IMG/VR virus record: IMGVR_UViG_3300036762_000065 | Span: 177,707-241,706 of that record | Length of the DNA: 64,000 nt | Strand: one strand, 5' to 3' | DNA from: a virus | Lineage: Duplodnaviria; Caudoviricetes | Shown: positions 57,814 through 64,000 of the stretch, one piece after another | How positions within the stretch are numbered: position 1 is the first letter of the stretch | Layout: each line of letters begins with the position of its first letter | The notes under the pieces: generated by a model | Told to the model about the DNA's origin: nothing | The model's input: the letters and a program-made list of their open reading frames with translations, nothing else | Database searches by the model: none | Program-made: the position numbers and the translations under genes

Positions 57814-58032
57814 TTAATCTATGTACTCTATTATATCGTTGACTGTTTCCCAGTGCTCAGATTCAGTGGCGTCAATGTCCATCCCAAATTCAGCCTCCAG
57901 CTCCATAATTATTTCCACTTTAGACAGTGAGTCTAATCCATACAAGTCTATAATGTCGTCCGGGGCTATGTCTTTCGGACGTGTGCCTACATGCTTTGAT
58001 ATTATACGACTGACTCTATTTTCAATACTCAC
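57814..58032 (-). CDS. acpP: Acyl carrier protein
   Basis: GLDSLSKVEIIMELEAEFG...ETVNDIIEYI; phosphopantetheine Ser in DSL; GTG start. Confidence 0.9.
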   Translation of the reverse strand: MSIENRVSRIISKHVGTRPKDIAPDDIIDLYGLDSLSKVEIIMELEAEFGMDIDATESEHWETVNDIIEYID

Positions 58033-58043
58033 AATATATTATC

Positions 58044-58235
58044 CTACAATAATAGTTTTATAGACTCGCTTATATCAACAAGCTTGACTTTCGGATGTTC
58101 TCTCTGCAATTCTAATAAGATAGAAGAGACTGCTTTTTTTCTCAAAGATTCGGATTTAAGTTCTTTAAATCCGAATTTCTTGGCTAAGGTATAAATACGT
58201 ACCGCGAGCGTTTCTTTTTCTAAGACTGCACTCAT
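58044..58235 (-). CDS. Hypothetical protein
   Basis: AGGAG SD. Confidence 0.7.
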   Translation of the reverse strand: MSAVLEKETLAVRIYTLAKKFGFKELKSESLRKKAVSSILLELQREHPKVKLVDISESIKLLL

Positions 58236-58269
58236 ACGAAATTTCTCCTACAGTTCAATGAAAAGTATA

Positions 58270-59901
58270 TCAAGGTTCTCCTAAATACTCCTTCTGAGGA
58301 TTCTTAGTAGCGTACTTCATATAGTCGGATATCTTAGTAGAGAACGTTCTTAGAATACGCAAATCAGGCTGTAAGTATTCCTTCTTAAGGAACTCAATCT
58401 CTGCTCGGATTTCTTTTATCTTTGTAATAATATTAGCGCGTTCTAATCCTGCTAACTGTTGTACCTGTAGCTTTAGTATATCGTTTATAAACTCTTCACT
58501 CTTGTCAGGCCACTTCTTAGCTAACGTTACTTTCGGAGCAACGTTCCTATTCTTAAGAGCATCTGCAATGTCATCTATATGGTCAGTACCCCACAACAGT
58601 AAATTTTGTCTATACAGCTTAGACTTTTCAACAGTAGTAAGGTATTTTATGGATGCTCTTTCTAAACCGAGCCTATACTTAGTCCAGTTCATTATGAAAT
58701 CACAAACACTCATACGACCGAACTTATTATCGTCTATTTTTCTGTGGATATACCCTATGTCATAACTAGCAGAACCGCTAACCAACTTTTCAATTTTATC
58801 GTAAGTTTCATTATACTTGTCTTCGGACAGACGTTTCAACTTAAACAAATAACGAATGCCGTAAAGACCTGCACCTCGTCCGCTTTGGTCGTGGACAGAA
58901 GCAACACCTTCTAAGTTCGCTACTTTCTCCAGCGTACTGTCTATCGACTTTTGGCTAGAAAATCCAGGAGCGCAACTTTCTACAATAAGGGATTTACAAT
59001 CGTCAGGTGCTTTTATTTCAGCAACAAAACGTAAGCTGCCTTTTCCTGTGCTGTACAATGTTTCATAATCTTCGTCTTCGGCTATACACTCACCTCCGTA
59101 ACGATTGTGTACAACTAAATATTTCTTACACAAAGCCGGTGTAATCTTCTTACCTTTCAAAGACAACTCAACAAGTTTAGCTACGCCTGGGAGTTTGAAA
59201 CTAGGTGTAGATGCAGCAACGCCGTACGCAATACCGCTACTTCCTATCAACAGTTGAATCGGCAATGTAGCAGGTAAGAACAGAGGCCACTTCTCAGTAC
59301 CGTCAAAGTTCTCTATCATAGGTACAACGTTTAAGTAATCCTTATCCAACAAAAACGTTTCTGTAAACTTAGATAACAAACATTCGGTATAACGATAGTG
59401 GGCAGCATTATCTACATGACTTCCCCAGTTGCCCTTACCGTCTATTAAGTTTGGCATAACTCCGTTGGCTATAGTAACCATAGAGTCGTAAGCAGCCGTG
59501 TCTCCGTGCGGGTGATATTTACCTATGATGTTACCGACGGTTCTAGCACTCTTCTTGTATGCGGTTCCTGGACGCATGTTATCTACATGCATTGCCCAAA
59601 GAGCAGCACGGAATACGGGCTTTAGGCCGTCACGAAAATCAGGCACTGCACGATTGCCTACAACATACTCTCCGTAAGTCTTACTATAATCAGCGACTAA
59701 ATTTTGAAGCTCGACAGGTTCAGTCTCACAAGACAGAGGCTCATGCGTCAATAAGTCTTCTTTAGTTCTTCGTGTAGTTGTAGGTTTAGTAGGCTGGGCT
59801 TCGGACACATCAATCTCAATGTCCCCTCTATTTAATTTTTGATCGCGTGTTGTCGTTCTAGTCGTTCGTGTTCTAGTCGTTCGTGTTCTTGTGCGTTTCA
59901 T
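58270..59901 (-). CDS. gyrA: Type IIA topoisomerase subunit A (GyrA/ParC-like, no C-terminal pinwheel)
   Basis: RAVPDFRDGLKPV, KKSARTVG, KYHPHGD, AAHYRYTE. Confidence 0.92.
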   Translation of the reverse strand: MKRTRTRTTRTRTTRTTTRDQKLNRGDIEIDVSEAQPTKPTTTRRTKEDLLTHEPLSCETEPVELQNLVADYSKTYGEYVVGNRAVPDFRDGLKPVFRAALWAMHVDNMRPGTAYKKSARTVGNIIGKYHPHGDTAAYDSMVTIANGVMPNLIDGKGNWGSHVDNAAHYRYTECLLSKFTETFLLDKDYLNVVPMIENFDGTEKWPLFLPATLPIQLLIGSSGIAYGVAASTPSFKLPGVAKLVELSLKGKKITPALCKKYLVVHNRYGGECIAEDEDYETLYSTGKGSLRFVAEIKAPDDCKSLIVESCAPGFSSQKSIDSTLEKVANLEGVASVHDQSGRGAGLYGIRYLFKLKRLSEDKYNETYDKIEKLVSGSASYDIGYIHRKIDDNKFGRMSVCDFIMNWTKYRLGLERASIKYLTTVEKSKLYRQNLLLWGTDHIDDIADALKNRNVAPKVTLAKKWPDKSEEFINDILKLQVQQLAGLERANIITKIKEIRAEIEFLKKEYLQPDLRILRTFSTKISDYMKYATKNPQKEYLGEP

Positions 59902-59906
59902 TATAA

Positions 59907-61919
59907 TTACCTCACCAGTCCTAGAAGCTCTTTACGCGGCGCAGACGCCTTTCCGGTTATAGCTAAGAAGTAATCCATACCGTAGTCATCTTGCGGCGGT
60001 TTAACTTTGTACAACATACGTGCTTTTGGATCAAAAGCAGTATCATACAACTCCTCAGGCTCTAGTTCTCCTAAACCTTTAGCCCGTGTTATGTGTGCGT
60101 TGGAGTTTGCAGGCAAATTAGCACGGCACTCATCCAACGTCATACCGAAGTAACGCTTGTCCTTATGTGTTGCTAAAAACAAAGGACTCTTCACAACAAA
60201 TACCCTACCTTGCGAATACAAGTCTGGTAACAGTCTTTGAATTGCACTCATAAGCAGTACCGAGATGTGACCTCCATCAGTATCAGCATCCGTTAAAATC
60301 ATCACTGTACCTACCCTAAGGTTAGCACAGCTAAACTTTATATCATTCAAGTTGTCTGCATCCAAATCGAGTGTACGTAAATCAACACCTAACGCAACAA
60401 GCAAGTTTTGAACAACAGGAGATTTCAACAAGCTGCCTATATCTGTGCGCACAGCATTAGTCAACTTACCTCTAAGTTTAAACACTTCTTGAAAACTAGG
60501 GTCACGCGCTTTGTTGGCAGTTCCGCCAGCCGAGTCACCTTCAACCAGATATATCTCACGTTCGTGCGGTCGTGCGCTATCCGCAGTTGTAAGAATATTC
60601 GGCAACAGCATACCACGTTGTGTCTTTTTAACTTCAGACACAGACTTCATAACTTTCTTCAGGTCTTCTCTGCCTTTAGATATTGTAGTTGCACGTTTGA
60701 TAACCGTCTTTGCTAACGTCTTGTTAACAGTGAAGTATTCCTCAAGAGGTTCGATCATAGCCTCTTCAACATCTTTGTTTACATGGCTTGTAAGTCTGTC
60801 TTTTGTCTGACTACTAAACTCCGGTTCCGACATTTTGAAGTTGAGAATGCCTACCATACCTGCAACAGCATCTACAGTCTTGAACTTATCTTTAGGGCCT
60901 TTAAGTTTCTGCAACACTCTACCCATTGCTGCCATAAAACCATCGTAGTGTTTTCCGTAGTCTCTTGTTGGGCTACAGTTTACATATGTCTTAAATAAAT
61001 CACTCTCATCGTGTGAAGTCCACTGTAGTGTACAATCAATCTTCTCCGACTGTAACATAAAGGGCTTTGCTACAGTAGACAATTCGTGTTCTTCCACAAT
61101 TTTGTCTATAACCGCACGAATGTCTCCTTTGTTGACAAATTTGTACTTCTTCCCGGTTGAAGTACAAACAACCATAACAATACCAGGATTCATCAAACTA
61201 ATCATTTTCATCCATTGAATAGTTTGACGTAACGGAAGTATTGCATCCTTCTTTTCTTTTATTCTTGCGTTAGTAGCGTCTTCAGAACATATAGTTTGAT
61301 CAGGAGAAAACTCTATTATAGTTCCGTAACTACTTTCCGACATATGAAGCCGAGACATAACATCGGCAGGAGGTGATTTAACACGCTCTAATTTAGAATT
61401 ACCTACAATTTGACCTTTAGCATATTCTCTAAAATGCCAAACTTTCTTCCAGTGTGTCCACACACGTAAACTCTTTGCAACAGCGTTGCCGCAGGCGGCA
61501 CCTACACCGTGAGTACCTGAACTATTCTTGTATGCCAAGTCATCAAACTTACCCCCTCCGTGCAGTTCTGTAAACACAACATCTACAGTACTCTTCTTCG
61601 CCTCTTCATTATATTCAGTTGGAATACCTGACGCAAAGTCTGCAATGTAATAAACATTACGTTCTATATCAACGTAAAGTTCGACAGTTGTATTACGGCC
61701 AGCGTAAAACTCATCAATACCGTTATCCAGAAACTCTTTCACAGCACGATAAACCATATGATCTCCGCGCTCGCCTAGATACATGCCAGGTTTCTTTCTA
61801 ACTCCTTCTAAACCGCGTAACACTTTTATACTTTCCGCAGAATACGCTTGGCCTTTTGCTTTACTAACAGGAGCCCCTTTCAAAGGCGCTGAAGCCCGCC
61901 TAGTTCTTCTAGTTGTCAT
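59907..61919 (-). CDS. gyrB: Type IIA topoisomerase subunit B (GyrB/ParE-like)
   Basis: GLEGVRKKPGMYLG, LHGGGKF, SGTHGVG, VEGDSAGG, LRGK, TDADTDGGHI, KGLGE. Confidence 0.95.
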   Translation of the reverse strand: MTTRRTRRASAPLKGAPVSKAKGQAYSAESIKVLRGLEGVRKKPGMYLGERGDHMVYRAVKEFLDNGIDEFYAGRNTTVELYVDIERNVYYIADFASGIPTEYNEEAKKSTVDVVFTELHGGGKFDDLAYKNSSGTHGVGAACGNAVAKSLRVWTHWKKVWHFREYAKGQIVGNSKLERVKSPPADVMSRLHMSESSYGTIIEFSPDQTICSEDATNARIKEKKDAILPLRQTIQWMKMISLMNPGIVMVVCTSTGKKYKFVNKGDIRAVIDKIVEEHELSTVAKPFMLQSEKIDCTLQWTSHDESDLFKTYVNCSPTRDYGKHYDGFMAAMGRVLQKLKGPKDKFKTVDAVAGMVGILNFKMSEPEFSSQTKDRLTSHVNKDVEEAMIEPLEEYFTVNKTLAKTVIKRATTISKGREDLKKVMKSVSEVKKTQRGMLLPNILTTADSARPHEREIYLVEGDSAGGTANKARDPSFQEVFKLRGKLTNAVRTDIGSLLKSPVVQNLLVALGVDLRTLDLDADNLNDIKFSCANLRVGTVMILTDADTDGGHISVLLMSAIQRLLPDLYSQGRVFVVKSPLFLATHKDKRYFGMTLDECRANLPANSNAHITRAKGLGELEPEELYDTAFDPKARMLYKVKPPQDDYGMDYFLAITGKASAPRKELLGLVR

Positions 61920-61955
61920 AATTATATGCTCGCATGAAAATTATTTTGTATATCT

Positions 61956-61962
61956 ATTTACA
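61956..61962 (-). promoter_or_regulatory. TGTAAAT putative phage-sigma promoter (one of about nine copies)
   Basis: Same heptamer at 20286, 23527, 38198, 44945, 45731, 49898, 54188 and 57037, mostly 26-47 nt before a start codon. Confidence 0.6.
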
Positions 61963-61985
61963 GTTGTAAACTACTATTTGTACAA

Positions 61986-62168
61986 TCAACCTAGTTTACT
62001 TATTAGTTGCTCGACCTGCTTTATAGACATATTCTTGGAATCGTCATACACAACAACCCCTTCTACTTTCACTACGCAAGTTCCATTTGCAAAAACTATA
62101 GAGCCTTCTGTTTTGTTGTACTTGGTTTTCAATCTCATAACATCAGAAAGGGTTGCTGTAGTATCCAT
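61986..62168 (-). CDS. Hypothetical protein
   Basis: GAGGAG SD. Confidence 0.6.
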   Translation of the reverse strand: MDTTATLSDVMRLKTKYNKTEGSIVFANGTCVVKVEGVVVYDDSKNMSIKQVEQLISKLG

Positions 62169-62175
62169 AGACGTT

Positions 62176-62403
62176 TTACTCCTCTTCGTCTATTGTATCG
62201 TCTTGTGAGTAGTATTCATTCAATCGGTCTTCTTCTTCAAGTGCCTCGAAATCTTTACCGGACTCCGTGTTAGCGTTACCTTCTTCATCGTAATAATATT
62301 CAGAACCGTCTTCAACATCATCATCGAACTCATCATCATGAAGGCTCATATTATTTATGTGTGTATTTATTGTATTGACATTAATTTCCATAGTATTCTC
62401 CAA
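62176..62403 (-). CDS. Small highly acidic protein
   Basis: GGAG SD before ATG at 62391; D/E rich with spaced aromatics. Confidence 0.7.
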   Translation of the reverse strand: MENTMEINVNTINTHINNMSLHDDEFDDDVEDGSEYYYDEEGNANTESGKDFEALEEEDRLNEYYSQDDTIDEEE

Positions 62404-62450
62404 GATTATAACTAGAAATAGTTTTCATAACTTTTCATTTTAACAGAAAC

Positions 62451-62478
62451 AACAAGAGCGCCTTCAGGCGCTCTTGTT
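62451..62478 (-). terminator. Intrinsic terminator
   Basis: AACAAGAGCGCC-4nt-GGCGCTCTTGTT. Confidence 0.8.
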
Positions 62479-62480
62479 TA

Positions 62481-62657
62481 CTATTTTGCGGTTGAATTAA
62501 GCTCTTCCAGTTCTATACGGAAAGCTTCCCGCTTTTCTTTACGTTTCGCACTACGATAAACTTCCTTACGCTTTCCCGGTGCTGGTGCGCAGCAAGGACA
62601 ATTCCATCCGCCTACACCAACACCTCTATCTGCATAACGCACACTACTTTTTCTCAT
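62481..62657 (-). CDS. 58-aa basic protein with CPCC motif
   Basis: Below ORF-track cutoff; AGGAG SD; MRKSSVRYADRGVGVGGWNCPCCAPAPGKRK... Confidence 0.7.
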   Translation of the reverse strand: MRKSSVRYADRGVGVGGWNCPCCAPAPGKRKEVYRSAKRKEKREAFRIELEELNSTAK

Positions 62658-62678
62658 GTTAGTTCTCCTAAATATGCA

Positions 62679-63005
62679 TTAACTTCTAAACTGCTCATAA
62701 GTAACTCTGTGAGGTTCTTGAAAGAGACTTATTTTAAAATCCGTTTCAAGTGAAGATATATACAAACAAGGTCTTATGCCTTCTACATATACAACAGAAA
62801 ATTCTATTGTGGCCGCATAAGGAAGTCCGTTCTCTATAGACAAACAAGTTCCTGTAAAACGTATTGTGTCTTTATTGAAGATACTAACATCAAAACCCAT
62901 CTTGTAAACTTCTTGTTTATCTGTATCCAACAAATAGCCTCGGACGTTAACAACAGTAAGAATCGAATCAAAGTGCTTTTCATTAAGTGCAACTAATCGA
63001 ATCAT
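62679..63005 (-). CDS. Hypothetical protein
   Basis: GGAG SD. Confidence 0.7.
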   Translation of the reverse strand: MIRLVALNEKHFDSILTVVNVRGYLLDTDKQEVYKMGFDVSIFNKDTIRFTGTCLSIENGLPYAATIEFSVVYVEGIRPCLYISSLETDFKISLFQEPHRVTYEQFRS

Positions 63006-63243
63006 AATGGTACTCCGCTAAAAAGCTTGGGTTGTTAAGAAACTAGGTATAGTGTCCGTGTTTGTTTGTGTTTCGTTGCTGAGTACTTGCGTTCGTAGTA
63101 AACGGGGAATTTCTCCAGAAGGTGCAGCAGACACCGCATAGAATCTGTTTGTATAGGAGCGCATATATATTTTACGGACACAGTTAAACAACATTGAATT
63201 AAACACAGAAAACATTATCATTACCTTGTAGTACAAAAAATGA

Positions 63244-63267
63244 AAATAGCGCCTTTTGGCGCTATTT
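63244..63267 (-). terminator. Intrinsic terminator
   Basis: AAATAGCGCC-4nt-GGCGCTATTT then T-rich tract. Confidence 0.75.
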
Positions 63268-63284
63268 ATTATAAGAAATCCCGG

Positions 63285-63584
63285 TTACCAACGCAAGCCT
63301 AGAATGAGATTTGCCATTTCTTCATACGTAAGTAAACCAGCGTCATGTCTTCTTATATAGTCAGATACTTCTGTTTTAACTTCCTCTTGTCTGGCGTACT
63401 CTGCATCGTGCATAGCTTTAATTTTTATGTACTCAGGGTCACTCTCAAACTCTTTTCTTGCAGCAGCTCTGGCGGTATACTCTGCTTCTGCTCTAACAGG
63501 ATCGAGCTTTTCAAGCTTTTTCAAATCACGCGCTGATATATGATAAACATAGCGGGGTAAATCTGGAAGTTTGTTTATATTCAC
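63285..63584 (-). CDS. Hypothetical early protein
   Basis: GTG start with GAGGA SD directly after leader copy C. Confidence 0.75.
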   Translation of the reverse strand: MNINKLPDLPRYVYHISARDLKKLEKLDPVRAEAEYTARAAARKEFESDPEYIKIKAMHDAEYARQEEVKTEVSDYIRRHDAGLLTYEEMANLILGLRW

Positions 63585-63596
63585 ATCTATTTCCTC

Positions 63597-63704
63597 GTGT
63601 GTTACTTAGAGTCGATACCGGCGAATGTTACTTAACGCCGATACCGATTTTGTTTAAGCTCACTGAGCTTAATTCATTATAACACATTACGTAAGGTATA
63701 GCAA
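63597..63704 (-). promoter_or_regulatory. Sigma-70 promoter (TTGCTA-17-TATAAT, extended TG) and conserved leader hairpin, copy C
   Basis: -35 at 63704-63699, -10 at 63681-63676; 12-bp stem with TTAAGTAACATT loop. Confidence 0.8.
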
Positions 63705-63728
63705 CCCTATCAATAGTCAAAATGCTCC

Positions 63729-64000
63729 CTACGCATCTTTGTCTTCCTCGTCTCCTCCGATGTCATCTTCTCCTTCGTCTTCTTCTGAGTCCTCATCCTC
63801 TGCATCTCCTTCTTCAGAAGCTTCCTCATCATTTTCCTCATCACCTTCTTCCTCTTCGTCTTCTTCATCACCACCTTCTTCATCACCACCTTCTTCATCA
63901 CCACCTTCTTCATCACCACCTTCTTCATCACCACCTTCTTCATCACCACCTTCTTCATCACCACCTTCTTCATCACCACCTTCTTCATCACCACCTTCTT
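63729..64000 (-). CDS. 3' end of an acidic protein (EEGGD repeats), partial
   Basis: 15-bp repeat read in the acidic frame ...EEGGDEEDEEEEGDEENDEE...DKDA-TAG, matching other acidic tails. Confidence 0.7.
   Translation of the reverse strand, partial: EGGDEEGGDEEGGDEEGGDEEGGDEEGGDEEGGDEEGGDEEGGDEEDEEEEGDEENDEEASEEGDAEDEDSEEDEGEDDIGGDEEDKDA

Noticed and set aside
63018-63236. 72-aa minus-strand ORF
   Set aside because: Start abuts a terminator with no SD; a shorter product is possible but unsupported
63710-63994. MKKVV-repeat ORF
   Set aside because: Wrong frame of the 15-bp EEGGD repeat; same artefact as 36716-37099, 43799-44296, 44478-44714 and 50303-50548
1-64000. Stop-codon reassignment
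   Set aside because: Standard code gives dense, full-length genes, and TAA, TAG and TGA all end genes at tight junctions

Overview
A 64-kb, AT-rich segment of a large (jumbo-type) tailed phage genome, with essentially every real gene on the minus strand. It contains a virion/fibre module (1-17.1 kb), a gp5-like baseplate OB protein, a probable portal, an intein-containing large terminase, a DnaB-like helicase, RecA/UvsX, a gp32-like SSB, two sigma-70-like proteins, an intein-interrupted SWIM protein, an HU-like protein, PC4, two KTSC proteins, an HD protein, an acyl carrier protein, thymidylate kinase, topoisomerase IB and a two-subunit type IIA topoisomerase. The gene set is reminiscent of PaBG/Lu11/Y3-type jumbo myophages (inference from memory, not a search result). 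The most interesting unexplained signals are: (1) three structured non-coding regions, two flanking the portal gene (one carrying a 16-nt perfect complement of the 16S rRNA 3' end) and a ~340-nt closed multibranch RNA upstream of a degenerate CAT tRNA; (2) a four-copy leader hairpin with compensatory changes and twin TAAGTAAC motifs; (3) an uncharacterised GGWDGAxW...YRTDF domain present twice in a virion protein and three times, Cys-bracketed, in a signal-peptide protein; (4) Arg/Thr-rich N-terminal tags on GyrA, GyrB and RecA together with a cluster of block-charged disordered proteins; (5) a shared N-terminal module and S-x-S leader motif on putative head-packaged effectors. All assignments are by eye from motifs; no searches were run.
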